A stretch of DNA of 64,000 nucleotides from Octopus bimaculoides (GCF_001194135.2 NC_068990.1:18864522-18928521), one strand, 5' to 3'; counted from the stretch's first letter, positions 39,241 through 53,926 are shown. The notes: generated from the sequence alone by a model not told the origin. Numbers and translations: made by a program.

Positions 39241-40846
39241 AAATATAAAAATTAAAAGATAAACCTTTTCTGCGTGCGCACATACACATGTATATATACA
39301 TATTCATTTTTTTTCCCACAAGGTTTAGTACCTATTTGTCGTGTACAAGGAATTATGAAATACATATCATATAATGGAAATGGCAGGATCATTGCATTCT
39401 TCCAGGTATTCAAGTCTGCTGTATGATTTGTCAATCATGCGTTATTGAAAAATCTGGAAAAAATGTAAAACATGTCTCACCAGCAATTCCGTTCGTGATT
39501 TCTTACACATAGAAACACACACATGTAATATATACGTAAACATGATTCATTTAGAGAATTAATATAAATACATGTTCTATTTCTATTCCTAATATTTCAT
39601 ATATAATACATGTCGCGGTACAGATTTTTCTGTGGAAATAAGAACTTTGCTTCGGATCACTGTGATTTCAGGTCTCTTTATAGGGCCTGCCATTTTCGGC
39701 AACTCTATCTTCTAATGAAAAGCGTACCATAAAAAAAGTAAAGCATACGCCGCCCCAAAAAGGTACTATTATCTTTCCTGTCTCGAAAAATAACAACCAC
39801 CAACTACCTCCCATTAGATTTTTCTATATGCTGGTTCATTTACAAACAGACTCTCCAATTAGCTACATGGACTAAAACCTTAATATAATAAGATATTTCA
39901 ATGTCATGATTAGTGAAACGCAAAACCAGTACAGTATCATAATATTCTATCCTTTAAAATGTATTAAATAAATTGTGTGCATTTTCCTTTTTTAAATGTT
40001 TTCATTATACACGTATCGATACATACAAATATGTATAAATGCAAACACATACAGTCACACACACAAAGATTGTATACACATAGAGAATATCAATTCGTCA
40101 CACATTTCCTTGCAGCAATCTATGGACGCTTGTATTGCTACATATTCAGTCAGATACAATGATACTCGTCTCGGTGAGGCCGAAAATATATTCGAGCACG
40201 TTTGATACAATTTTCAAGTATTACTTGAGCTAATATCTGCAAACTCACTAATTTATTTCGTTATATGAGGACTCATAAGTTATTTTGAGTTCATATTAGT
40301 GAAAAATTGGTTGAATTAAATATCCAATCAGTGCAAATAATGCTACTATGGCGTTTGCAAATATGTCTATATTTATAGCTAATTGGCGAGGATTTGTTTA
40401 TGATTCAACAGATTTAATTCTATTTTCTACTGTTATTTAAAAACCATTAATTATATTATATTTGGGATAGATATGAGTGTCAATATCAATCAAGGACAAA
40501 AAAGTAGAACGATGTATGGTGTGTTCTCTGTCGTGTTACGAATTACGATATCGCAATAGAGGAGATTATATTTTCATTGGATCGATAACCTACAGTGATT
40601 GATATGTAGCAAAAGAGATAAATAGTTTGGGCGATATTGATCTTACCAACACTTAACTAGCTATTTCAAGCGGAACGGAATGTATTATATTTTACGAGTT
40701 AAAGTTTGGCCGTGTGTACGTGTGTAGGTAACGCCATGCAGTCCTGAGTATGTGTCTGTCAACAAAAATGAAATATAATACACACAGAAACAGGTATACA
40801 CATACACATATTTTCACAGCCTATACACTCCAATATATATAACACA

Positions 40847-40886
<40 letters not shown>

Positions 40887-41894
40887 GGACAGAGAGAGAA
40901 ATTTATATACAAAAACAGCAGCCATGCAAGAAACAGATTAGATATTCCTAAGGTAGTAAAGTAGTGGCCTCGGTCCTGAATTTTACAATATGCCCACTTT
41001 AAAATATTTTTACAGAAAACGAATGGCACAAATGCTCTGTGACCAGTTAATTTAATTACAGGCATTGTTTTGTGAACCCTATGTCATACACAAAATTCAC
41101 GTTCCCATACACATATTATTTTAATTTAATTTTGATGCATTTGTTTTTATTTTTATTTTTACTAACACACGTGATGAAACCATAAACAATAGAAAATTGC
41201 CCTATCAAACCAAACTAAATCTCCCCGCCATAATTTCCTACAAACCCATTCATTAGAAACGCATGTTTTGCACTTAATATCGTTTACACATGTTTGAGCA
41301 CAAGTACTTACCACATTCTCTTTCCAACATAATTATCAGTCTCAGTTCCATTGACCCAAAATAACATCTTGTCAACAGCTAAATACATCCCCACCCGGAA
41401 AAATATTTCAGTAAAACACGATCTGAAAAACGGCGAGTGACTTCGAAATGACTACCGTCGATTTCCCTGTAGTTGTTAATAAACACGTAATGAGTGTTCC
41501 TACAGTATTTTTAAATGTAATTTGATATTAAACAAGATATTCAGACATACCTATTTCTATAATACATTATAAATCAGTTTGAATCTTGCTTGCTTGCAAT
41601 GATATCCAGCTAAACTGAAACATAATAGGAAAATACTATGAATTAAATTTATCCTGAATAATATGAACAGAATGTTAGTATGAACGGAATGAAACAAATT
41701 TCGTGTAAATAGGAGCAGTAGTTATTCAGATATTCGGGGTTTGAGAATATTAATACCCCCAAAACGGTACATAATGGAAAAATGCTCCGAATTTAACTTC
41801 ATCCTGAACGGAAAGAAACTCTAAACTTTCGATGTTACATCTGTTGAAAGCATGCGAAATAACAAGGAAAAAAAATTCACGAAAGAAAACTCCG

Positions 41895-41940
41895 TTTCTG
41901 GGAAACTCAGAGTTTCCCGGTCACCGGTAGTCTGGTCTAG

Positions 41941-41941
<1 letters not shown>
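41895..41941 (+). mobile_element. Candidate Helitron-like 3' terminus
   Basis: Hairpin GGGAAACT-cag-AGTTTCCC (41900-41918), then GTAG|T about 12 nt later and CTAG|T at 41937-41941, followed by (AT)n. Confidence 0.35.
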
Positions 41942-41980
<39 letters not shown>

Positions 41981-41983
<3 letters not shown>

Positions 41984-42104
41984 GGTGTCCACAAATTCTG
42001 GGTACATGGGATTAACACATACTTTAAGAAAGTATTATTTCTGATTTTTAATTGTTTGTTATGATTTTATCTAATCCATGTTGAAAATGTATGCTGATTT
42101 TCAA
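41981..42104 (+). mobile_element. Left end of a Tc1/mariner-type TIR element (same family as the 60679 MITE), running into a gap
   Basis: cacggtgtccacaaattctgggtacatgggattaacacatactttaagaaa is nearly identical to the start of the 60679 element. Confidence 0.85.
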
Positions 42105-42870
42105 NNNNNNNNNNNNNNNNNNNNNNNNNNNNNNNNNNNNNNNNNNNNNNNNNNNNNNNNNNNNNNNNNNNNNNNNNNNNNNNNNNNNNNNNNNNNNNNN
42201 NNNNNNNNNNNNNNNNNNNNNNNNNNNNNNNNNNNNNNNNNNNNNNNNNNNNNNNNNNNNNNNNNNNNNNNNNNNNNNNNNNNNNNNNNNNNNNNNNNNN
42301 NNNNNNNNNNNNNNNNNNNNNNNNNNNNNNNNNNNNNNNNNNNNNNNNNNNNNNNNNNNNNNNNNNNNNNNNNNNNNNNNNNNNNNNNNNNNNNNNNNNN
42401 NNNNNNNNNNNNNNNNNNNNNNNNNNNNNNNNNNNNNNNNNNNNNNNNNNNNNNNNNNNNNNNNNNNNNNNNNNNNNNNNNNNNNNNNNNNNNNNNNNNN
42501 NNNNNNNNNNNNNNNNNNNNNNNNNNNNNNNNNNNNNNNNNNNNNNNNNNNNNNNNNNNNNNNNNNNNNNNNNNNNNNNNNNNNNNNNNNNNNNNNNNNN
42601 NNNNNNNNNNNNNNNNNNNNNNNNNNNNNNNNNNNNNNNNNNNNNNNNNNNNNNNNNNNNNNNNNNNNNNNNNNNNNNNNNNNNNNNNNNNNNNNNNNNN
42701 NNNNNNNNNNNNNNNNNNNNNNNNNNNNNNNNNNNNNNNNNNNNNNNNNNNNNNNNNNNNNNNNNNNNNNNNNNNNNNNNNNNNNNNNNNNNNNNNNNNN
42801 NNNNNNNNNNNNNNNNNNNNNNNNNNNNNNNNNNNNNNNNNNNNNNNNNNNNNNNNNNNNNNNNNNNNNN

Positions 42871-42901
<31 letters not shown>

Positions 42902-43058
42902 TATATGTGTTTGAATGTATATAGACGTATGTCCATATAATTATATTAATATATATATATATATTTATACACATATCTATCTACGTATGTATTTATGTAT
43001 GTGTGTATATAAATAGATATATGTGTGCGCACATATACATATACATACATTTACACGC

Positions 43059-43093
<35 letters not shown>

Positions 43094-43954
43094 TGTGCAT
43101 GTAGATATAAATTAGTACAGATAGCTGCCGGCCATTTTACTGGATATTAGTGTGTCTATATATATTTAAACTTGTGACTGCAGCATTGTACCCATCCTCA
43201 ATGTTGGACTTACGACTACAAAAAATTAAAAAAAAAAACAACAAAAACCAAACTAAAAGCAGAAGCTTAACGGTAACTGAAAAATCAATTTTTCCTATCT
43301 CCGTAATAGCCGAGGATAGCAACTGTTTTTACATATATATGAATATCTAAATAATATGATATTTGCATTACATTCTTCACTGATCTTGTAGAAAGAAGAA
43401 TTTAAACTACTTCAAAATAAAATAACAAGTATATTTTGTATGCCACCATAGTCTATAACTAACAACTGAACCAACAGAGATTAGTTTCTAATTTTACCAA
43501 CTTAATATTTGTTTGATCAAACACATATCATGGCAATGCTGTGTTTCAACAACGTGGTGTACCCTGGTCGCAGTATAGTGTAACGGAGGTAGTCTTTTTT
43601 AGCTAACTTTTTCGGGATTAGGATTTTGTACTAGAAGTTAGATTGAGAAGAAATACATTGAATATGCATATTAAAATATTTTTGGTGCTTGCACATTACA
43701 ATGCTTTTAAACTTCCTAGTTACTTTTAGAGCCATTTACTGTCTTTTAGTTGTAATTTCTAGTAACTCCTTTACACCAATAGATTTTAATCCTCTCTCCA
43801 TTCGCAAATATGTATTACGAATTTATCATATATCAAATTATTTTCACAATTAATGTATAACTAAATTCTCCAACATGACATACTTTCAGAAGTACAATTA
43901 TATTAAAATCATGCAATACGTCTGTTCGCTCCACAAATTCTAGGAACAAATATG

Positions 43955-44199
43955 GGTGCGTGGATAAGAAATCCGTTTTGCAACCAAGCTGTTTATGATT
44001 GAATCCGATGCTCGGTAACTTCAGCAACAAATTTCTACTAGAGACCCACAAGAACCATTACACTTTGTATGAATTTTATGAACGGAAATCGTGTGGAAGC
44101 CCGCCATATATATATNNNNNNNNNNNNNNNNNNNNNNNNNNNNNNNNNNNNNNNNNNNNNNNNNNNNNNNNNNNNNNNNNNNNNNNNNNNNNNNNNNNN

Positions 44200-44238
<39 letters not shown>

Positions 44239-44440
44239 GTGTGTGTGTCATTGCATTTGTCTCAGAGCTGTTTGAAAACAGGCGTTACACTCTTGCCGTC
44301 CCTGTAACTTGGCGGTTCGGTAATTGTGTTTGAAAGAATAAGTTTCACACATTAACATAGTTACTGAGGTCAATTTGTTTCGATTAAGCCATGCAGAGCG
44401 GCCACAGTCCAATGACTTATAGAAGATAAAAACTGGAGAA
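43955..44440 (+). mobile_element. Degenerate SINE group D spanning a small gap
   Basis: gcgtggataagaaa...ggaaatcgtgtggaagcccgcc...ccctgtaacttggcggttcgg...ggccacagtccaatgac. Confidence 0.75.
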
Positions 44441-45829
44441 TATCAACAATAGCGATGAATAAGATGATTGATAAACCATCATTTGACGAAAAAGGTATTC
44501 ATGACTTGGTTGAACATACCACGATATTTTTAATGCAAATGTTTTTGGAAAGAAAAAGAGGAAAACCAAAGGAATTTCGATGCCGTTCACAACCTTAAAA
44601 CTCATATTGATAAACGTTAAACGTGGGTGTTTATGATACAACCATCTCCTCTGATTTTCATTTCCTTTTCTCGTTATCGAAGGAATTTCACTTTTAAAAC
44701 TACCGGATTTGAGCCTTCAGTAATAATAATAGATCAACAAGTATTATGATGTGTAGTTTTCATTTCATTTCAAAGTGATTTACTGCACTCTATCACCAAA
44801 GATATATGATATCCTATATATATCCTTTGATACATTCAAGAATGATACCTGAGGTATAATATTATAAGATAAAACATTCATATTACTAACTATACTTCAA
44901 AATATCTAATATTTATGGAATAAAGATATATATCTAGAAATTTTATAAATATATATCTGTAAATGATATATATTTAGAAAATCTAGTATGTTCAAAAATA
45001 ACTGCCCTGAGATAGATAGTTTTCATGCTGAGAAAGTTTTTATTTATCCTCCAGATTTAATTATTTTTAGATAAGAAATGCATTACTAGGTAATAATCTC
45101 ATGTTTTTCAAACAAGAAACGTACGTTGGTAGTAAATTATTTTTGCCTCATATTTAGACATCTTTTTTGATTTACTATTTTTTCAACATATTCATCTGCA
45201 ACATTAGAAATTTGTTTATCAACCTTCAAAGAGCTATGGGATTCCTTTGTGAGGGCTGGAAGCTCCTAATGCAACAACCGATAGGCTCCGAGTTTAAAGA
45301 TTATACCAAAATCTGTACATGTGATATTTAAAAGTAATACGTAGCGTCATTATTAGTTACAAAAATGTAAACACCAACCATATTTCAGATTTATGTTGAT
45401 TTTCACAGTCCAGGTCATAAAAAATCCTGAAGTCAACTTGATGCAAAACACATAAGAAATCACCTCTTAAAAACGAATATAGACGTGGACTTGCACAAAG
45501 ATACAAACTTCCAATATTCTGAAATAATTTTTACGTATCCTGTATTGCTTTCAAATGTAGCACAAGCTGATACATCAAAAATGCTGCTTTCGAATTCCCT
45601 CAAGTTTATCATACTATCATTCAGCCTCCTCTGTATTTCATTGTTTAGCTACTTATAACGGCGTTGTTAATGTCAAACTCTTCTACTACTTTTGGTGCTC
45701 CGGCAACGCCTCTAATGCTTACAACAGCAGGAATACAACTATAAACGCCATCATCACCGCCACCTCGGACACTACTACTACTACTACGCGTTTCAATATG
45801 AACATATTTTATGAATACATTTTAAGAAA

Positions 45830-46030
45830 ACGTGCTGGCAGCATTGTTAGCAAGACAGTCAAAACTGCTTAGCCGTATTTTTTCCCGGCTCCTTACTGTA
45901 TTTAAATTTTTCCGAGACCAGCGTTTCATTTCATCTTTTTGGAATCAATAAAATTAAATATCAGCCATGAACTGTGGTCCTTGTTAAAACTAACCCTCTT
46001 TCCTCAAACTTGTTGGCTTTAATTATGAAC
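45830..46030 (+). mobile_element. Degenerate SINE group C
   Basis: gctggcagcattgttagca...gcttagccgtattt...tttcatctttttggaatcaataaaattaa. Confidence 0.6.
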
Positions 46031-46151
46031 CGTTATTTTCATTTACTATTTTACTTGTGGCCTTGTGGGATTGAACCTGAAAGTGCGTATTTGCGAAGTG
46101 AACTTCTGAACGATACAGATAATTCTGCATCTACTAATAATTATACCCCAC

Positions 46152-46219
46152 CCTCAGCAACTCGGTGATTAGTGTAGACCAATGACCGTTTGTCTACACT
46201 AAACACTGAGCCGCTGAGG
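46152..46219. ncRNA. Pre-miRNA-like long hairpin (strand undetermined)
   Basis: CCTCAGC/GCTGAGG (7 bp), a 2x2 loop, then 19-nt arms 46161-46179 and 46192-46210 with 18 of 19 positions paired, and a 12-nt loop. Confidence 0.45.
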
Positions 46220-47694
46220 TTTCGCTATAAAAGGTCAGGTTTCTTGTCGACGCCTCTATAGAGGTACACAAATATACAAGTATTTATATTACAGTGTATG
46301 TATATTTGTGTGGAAGAGTGTATTAAAGAACATAATATTAGAACATTTGTCCATTTTCTTCCATTTTCTTAATATTAACCATATAACAATTCCTTACGTA
46401 TATTTATTATCGGAAATTCACTTACACGCGCTATCCTTTGACAACTTGCTGCAAAAGGCATTCTTTAAAAAGAAAATCGATATGTTTTATAGAATTTAAT
46501 ATAGTTCAATAACATAAACTAAAAATCAAAGTTCTAGATGTTAACGCATGTAGCTGGGAAGATAAACGTAGAAACTGTAAATTTAATTTACTTTTCACAT
46601 GCACCAATTTTAGCGGAAGAAAAATTTTCCATGTGGTTTTGAAGAACGCGAGTTACGATAGTATTGACATGATTCTTTGGCTTTTTTTTTTTTAACCGCC
46701 TACAGAATATTGTTTGATAATGGATATGCTTTAGGGCAAATATTAATGGAAAAGTGTGATACATATTTTTTTGTGAACGCTTTTTCTACGTATTGATTCA
46801 AATATTACTTCTGCTTGATATAATCATCACACACATCATTACGTTGGTTTTTACACGTTGTGGTTGTTGCTGATTGTGTATAGTCCCAGGTTAAATCTAA
46901 TAGAAGGAACCTATGGTTGAAGATACTCCAAATGTGACCATCCCATCCTTTCATATACCAATAACTATATTGTCAATTCTACCTTTACTTGTAAACGAAC
47001 TAAATTGTATTTTGAAGGAGATCATTCGGATTTTATTTCTAACGTATGAAACAATCACATAGATCTTAGCAGAATGCTTCGTAATGTGATAAACATGGTT
47101 CCATGGTTACAGGATGAAATATTATACGATTTCAAATTTTATTTTGTGTACCGAGTTAATATTGTTTTCAACCGAAACAAATATATTCAGAGAAGAAAAG
47201 AAAAGACACATATATCTGCCCATCATGATATCCGTATACATGTTATCAAAAGTCCTCTGATAAATCCTTCTACCACGTACCTTCTCATATACGTACAATA
47301 TTGCGCTGATGAACTCAGTCTCCAATGTATATGTAGCTGAGACCATGGTATCTTTGACATACCTTTCTTTTTTGCGCAGCTAACTATATTTCGTTTTAGA
47401 GCTCTGTAACATAAAACAATAAAGACTTATCCCTGAAGGTCAATTTCAATTAGGCATTAAATCCTCGTGGAAATTCAATACTCAGTTCCAAATAAGTGCC
47501 ATGTACGTAGGAACGAAATATGTATACTGGCGTGTATCTTCATTTCCTCTACATGTGTTCTGTATGTCATAACTAGTAACACAGGAAGCTAAAGTTGTAG
47601 TCTAAGCACTGTACTAGAAGCTGACTGGATAATGATGCTTTACGTGGAGCTCTAACTCACGCAGTAGTAGTCCTGCAGCACAAAGGTTAAAAGG

Positions 47695-47935
47695 TCGAGT
47701 TCACAATCATGAGGTCGTGAGTTCGATTCCCGGACCAGGATGCGCGTTGTGTTCTTGTGATAAACTGTATTGGCCTTTGCCTCTCCCTTGGATAACATCG
47801 ATAGTATGGAGAGAGGAGACTTGTATGGATGAGTGACTGCTAGTCTTCCATAAACAAATTTGCCCGGACTTGTGCCTCGCAGGGGAACTTCCTAGGTGCA
47901 ATGCGAGGGTCATTCATGACCGAAGAGGTTCTTTA
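47695..47935 (+). mobile_element. tRNA-derived SINE (group A-type head, distinct tail)
   Basis: tcacaatcatgaggtcgtgagttcgattcccggaccagg...gttgtgttcttg, including a B box. Confidence 0.85.
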
Positions 47936-48164
47936 TGTATGTTGATGCGTGTATGTTAATGTGTAAGTTATCCAGTATCATTGCAAAAACATGCTAGCAT
48001 CAGCACAATATTCGCGATTGCTAATAGTTATTGTATAAATCAGTGTCTAGTTTCTAGAACACTTTTGAGTTTCTTCACAGTAAAATGTTTTCGCATATAC
48101 GATGGAAAATTCTAACACCGCAAATAGGTTATTAGCTGCTTAGTCAGCAAGTTCCATACACGCT

Positions 48165-48241
<77 letters not shown>

Positions 48242-49149
48242 GTGTGTGTGTGTGTGAATGTTAACAGTTTCTTATTAATAATTTAACGTGGAAAGAAAAG
48301 TCATTGAAGCAAAATATATATCTTATAGAATATGCAGGAAAATCGAATTCCATATAGCGGATATGATTTCTTGAAAAGCAAATGTAAATCAATAAACAAC
48401 AAAGGAACATTAATTTATTGGAGGTTACATAGGTAATCGCGTATTAGTTCATTTCATGCTAATGTATCTTTTAAAATTTAATTGCATCGTTGGCTCAAAT
48501 CTTAGAAGTTCAGCCATGCTTTACTTCAGCTATATTTCATGCTTGCTCTCGTGAAAGTTATGAAGAAATACCAAATCAGATTTTTCTACAAATGTGTAAG
48601 TCGGTTCTTCTGTAATATACAACATGAGGTCCCATGCGTTACCCTGATTCAGACAACGATTGAATATCGGTTCAAAGACCTGTAGCAATAGTGTTACTAC
48701 ACTTACACTATACTTCCTATAAGTAAATAAGTATTTATTTATTCCTAAGCTTGTGTGTTTTCGGAGCGAGGGAAATGAAGAAATATCTGAAACTTAATTG
48801 GATTTGTGAGGGATACGTTACGCATGTATGAAACACGTGGGAAAACTGTGTGCGTTCGGTTGACTTCGCATTCCTTCGCATCTTAAAAATGACAACATAA
48901 TGAGTGTGGACTGTACTTATCCGTCCATGCATGCAGCCATACAACAGTATACTCACATATATTCACTCATAAATATATATGTACATCTATAATATATATA
49001 TATTAGTAATACCAATAACATAGGCAAAGGCTTATAGCCAATGCCTTGTTATAATTATGTATATAATTATTAAAATATTTGTAAAATTTACCTATAAGGT
49101 TTTATTTTCGGGCTGACCCCCGTTAAAATCATTATTTTTATCCTTTATC

Positions 49150-49190
<41 letters not shown>

Positions 49191-49202
49191 NNNNNNNNNN
49201 NN

Positions 49203-49250
<48 letters not shown>

Positions 49251-50587
49251 TGCGTGAGCGCGCGTCTGTGTATAAATTCAAGCCTTCATATATATGTCTG
49301 ATTGTGTATGCTTGAGTATGTACGTATATATGGTTTAATACCTGTAATTATATAGATAAAAATAGACATTGCTGTGTCGTTAAGAATTGTTACTCTACTC
49401 TTCAATATGTGGCTTCAATTTCAGATAACCTGGTTGGGTCTTGGTTAACTCTCTTCGGCGATACACTCGGGCCATCCGATTGCTCTTGAGTGACTATCGT
49501 AGATCGCAATTATATGAATACACAGATTAACATACACACGCGCACGTAATTTATTGCTATGCCAAAATTAGATGACAAAATACGTTCTAGTCTTGAAATA
49601 AGTAGTGATGACTAATATTTTGAGACTGCCTAAAACACACCAAGTCGTTGCTCCGGCATAGCCGAAATTCAATGGTGCAAACATTTAAAAGAATATATAC
49701 GATGTTATGTGTTTTATACGTATATAAGTTTAATATTAGTATATATATCCTCTGTGTAACAGCTATCATTACATTTCATTTAAAACTAATGTGGTATAGA
49801 CATGTATCTGGAAATAAGTTTTGGTCATGACGTTTGATGTATTAAACTGGCTATTTGTGGTTGAAATGTTCTTAGTCTGTCAGGATATATTTGCATTCTA
49901 ATTTACAAATAACATTTGTCATATGCAATCTTAATATAAGATTTACACGCAAACTATCTTTCGCATTTGTTCATCGGTTATGAACGGACTTGGAATGTTT
50001 TATTTAAAAATCCGCGATCATTTAAAAATAAGTTAGTATAATTGTACGGACAACAATCTCATCCATTATATGACTTCACTATTAATTGACGAAATTCTTT
50101 TTTCACTATTTGTGAAGGCATAGTAAATTCGTAAAATGAATTGATTGTAATTTCATTGTTGAGAAGAAATATGTCTGTGTAAACAATTAAGCCCCTTGAG
50201 GATCAGCCACTCTGTGTGTGTGTGTGTGTGTCTGTCTGTCTGTCTGTCTGTCTGTATGTGTCTGGCTTCCATTCTACATATATTTAAATATTCACCTATC
50301 TATTTACCTGCTCATCTGCGTGCTTATTTAGTTTTTTTCCTCTTATCACTCTATATGTATATATATATATGTGTATATACGTCCTCAGATCTACTCTGAC
50401 TCGGAGTGGTAGCTTCTGTTAGGGTTCTAGCAATGGGTTTATTTGAATGAGAAAGGCCGCTTCCCCGTTTCTCGTTTGACATTCTTTCTACGAGAAGGCA
50501 ATCATGTATAAAAGAAACACAAACAAACACAAAAGAGTACGTGAAAAGCAAATTGTGTTATTTTGTGTTATTCAATCTTATTTATCT

Positions 50588-50631
<44 letters not shown>

Positions 50632-51051
50632 GCTAAGTATAAAGTAAGCAACGTTTTGAAACATGAAATTCATCACAATATATTACACACTCACACATTA
50701 CAGACGCACACACCAAAACACGCACACATCCACACGTCAAAGTCATCAGGCCCTATCCACACGCGCACACTTACACACTCTCACATACTCACACGCACGC
50801 GGAACTTCGTTTTGATATCACCAGTACTTTATTATCTCCCTTTCTTCCTACTTCTCCTGTCTAACTACCTTTGTCCAACCAGTCGTCATGATTGACCACT
50901 AAATCCACAAGTATTTTTTAAAATTCTCTCTCTGTTTATTTCCTCGTGTTCCTTTCTCACCTTCCCGAGCATCAAACTAATATACCTGCTTATTGTTTGT
51001 ACACCTGTCTTAGTCTTTTGTTTTTCTGTATATTTCAACTGTGCCTGCCAG

Positions 51052-51120
51052 TGTGCGTTTTAGTGAATCTCGAGTCTGATGGCTTTAAACTCATATACCC
51101 AAACCGAGTCAAATTCCGAG
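51052..51120 (+). other. Candidate 69-nt (or 57-nt) phase 1-1 exon (VCVLVNLESDGFKLIYPNRVKFR/G)
   Basis: Long pyrimidine tract ending tgccag, GAG|GTAATA donor, open symmetric frame. No homology recognised. Confidence 0.2.
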
Positions 51121-51353
51121 GTAATATTACTGTCCTTTGTCCCTTAGTCTCATACTATGACGCGTTAAAAAATTCAGCCCCGCCTAAGTTCTTAGTCATA
51201 TGTGAGTCATATTACATAGTTTGTAAACATAAATGGTGTTCTTCGAGAAAATGTTGATATCAAGCGACATTGCAAACTCCAAAATATTTCGCTGAACTCC
51301 TTGAGAAGTTCTCTACTCATGCATTCACAGATACACATGTATTTATACCTATG

Positions 51354-51464
<111 letters not shown>

Positions 51465-51720
51465 GCGTATATATATGTATGTATGTGTGTATGTATATAT
51501 ACATATATACATGTATGTGTAGTGTATGCGTATAAATACGCACTATTATGTGTGTGTGTGGGGGGGGTGTATGTGTGTGCATATATACATGTATAAATAT
51601 ATAAATATGTATTTATATTTCTCTATATATATTAATAAAATTCAAATACACATATCACACATTTCTCTTTCTCTCTTTCAATTAATATTTGTGAATATAT
51701 ACATATACATTGTTGTTGTT

Positions 51721-52096
51721 GGCACTCCGTCGCTTACGACATCGAGGGTTCCAGTTGATTCGATCAACAGAACAGATTGCTCGTGCAATTAACGTGCAAG
51801 TAGCTGAGCACTCCACAGACACGTGTACCATTAACGTAGTTCTCGGGGATATTCAGCCTGACACAGAGTGACAGGGCTGGCCCTTTGAATTACAGGCACA
51901 ACAGAAACAGGAAGTAAGAGTGAGAGAAAGTTGTGGTGAAAGAGTACAGCAGGGTTCGCCACCATACACTGCCAAAGCCTTTTGGAGCATTAGGTGTTTT
52001 CGCTCAATAAACGCTCACAACGCCCGGTCTGGGAATCGAAACCGCGATCCTATGACCACGAGTCCGCTGCCCGAACCACTGGGCCATTGCGCCTCC
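51721..52096 (-). mobile_element. SINE group B, full length
   Basis: Reverse complement starts ggaggcgcaatggcccagtggttcgggcagcggactcg...ggtttcgattcccag and ends gacggagtgcc followed by (aac)n. Confidence 0.93.
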
Positions 52097-52139
52097 AAAC
52101 ATACATACATACATGCAAACATACTGCATCTGTCTGTCT

Positions 52140-52172
52140 GTCTCTCTCTCTCTATACACACACACACACACC

Positions 52173-52261
<89 letters not shown>
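52140..52261. repeat. (CT)n/(CA)n microsatellite
   Basis: Directly visible. Confidence 0.98.
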
Positions 52262-52264
<3 letters not shown>

Positions 52265-52539
52265 AAGTATAGTAAATTTCCCGATTTTGCCACATTGAAT
52301 AAATAAATCAGGAATTCCTTTTTTTAGCTAGTAGATTTAACAGAAGACAAAAAGTGATTATATATTGGCAGCAATTTTATTCATGTGTACATCTGGCTAC
52401 AAATAGAGATGAAAATTACCGACAATAAATTTTAATTAATAAACCTATTTATTACCATAAAGATATAGCAAATGTATATAATTTTCATTAATAATTATTA
52501 TAGATAATTAATCTATGATATAGATTAATGATCAATTCT

Positions 52540-53700
52540 GCAATTCTCTTGCGAATGGCCAAGCATTTGCTTAACACTGCGCCTCTTATCCCTATAATGG
52601 AGGTTATAGTCAACCGCATCATTTTTAATAACTCTACGAACCAATAAAATTCTTTCGGAGTTATTTCATTTCATATTTTTGAAGCACATTTTGTAATGAA
52701 AAACTGGTTATTAAATTTTCCATTGTGCCAACACATTTAAGAGTTATTTCCTCTTCATTATCATTATCGACATCTTTAATTTCCTCTTCCATGTCAATCA
52801 GCCCCACTGGTCAGAGGCCTTGAAAGAGACATTGTTAGTTCATTCAGCTATTCAGCAGGGATTTACAAGTGAAGTTGACTCTTAAGCTTAGCAAGTTCTG
52901 TTGTGACAGTTTGAGAAGCTATCCTGTACACAGTTTAGAAACGGTATTATATCTGGGTATCATTTTCTCCAGCATCTTTGTTTCACTGACATTTTTATCT
53001 TGTCCCAGCAGACTCCCGTATGATTGATAGCATTACGGATTCTATAACGTTTCACAACTCCTTTAGTTTTAAACACTTCTTTATCGACTGCAATGATACT
53101 ATGGTTAACAGATATCATCGTGTGATACCACTTCAAGTTTGATATTACTGTTTGATACTTTGGAAGAATTTCACATTTTATCATTTAGAGGTAAAAAAGA
53201 TATAACTTTAATTTCAGGACAAAGACATATAATAATTTCGAATGTCTGGAAGCAATATTTCATGTTAACAATGTCTTAAATAATAAATTACCGCAGGCAA
53301 AATAGCATTTAACTGAAGAATCAAAGTGAAAATTAAGCAACCTTGAATCGTAGCTGCGGTAACACAAATATTAGGGATTTCGCTTTTAAATTTCTGATAA
53401 TATTCTTTCAAACTCTTTTGAACAGTCTAATGTGTCCTCTGTGATTGACTAGAATGGTTTTCATTTAACAGCAACTAGGTAAATACCTATGTTACTACCA
53501 ACAACTAATATGACTCTGTACTCAGATGAATGATGCCAAAGAACAATTTTATACCGAAATGACATGTTCTTTTTGGCAAGATTTCCCAAAGCACTAGTGT
53601 CGTCACCTCATTTATCTTGTGTTATAAAACTAAACTTTTCAAGAATATCCGCTAAAGTTTCAATAAATCTTTTTTTAGTTTTATTTCTGTAGCTATTCGT
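52540..53700 (-). mobile_element. Decayed Tigger/pogo-type (CENP-B/TIGD-like) transposase
   Basis: Minus-strand fragments in correct order: FKTLL..NIASRH, PEIKVISFLP.N, HSIIAV, RNAINH..VCWDKI......CWRK, TTELAKL, LIDMEEEIKDVDNDNEEE and VRRVIKNDAVDYNLHYRDKRR. Confidence 0.75.
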
Positions 53701-53889
53701 GCAGTTATATTAAGGTGATAGAAAGCTGACATTTACTTTAAATTTTCAAACACCTGAAACCCTCAAAAATCAAGAATCTGTTCTATATATTCCTTCCATT
53801 CTGTATATAAACTCATGATCTTCAGTATATTACAAGATCCACCCCCTCTCACATGCAGGGATGTGAATGTGTGTGTTTGTATGTTTATG

Positions 53890-53926
<37 letters not shown>

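Noticed and set aside
49459-49499. Hairpin cgata-cactcggg...cttgagtg-ac-tatcg
   Set aside because: Only ~13 bp with wobbles and a bulge, too short for a pre-miRNA and within chance expectation.
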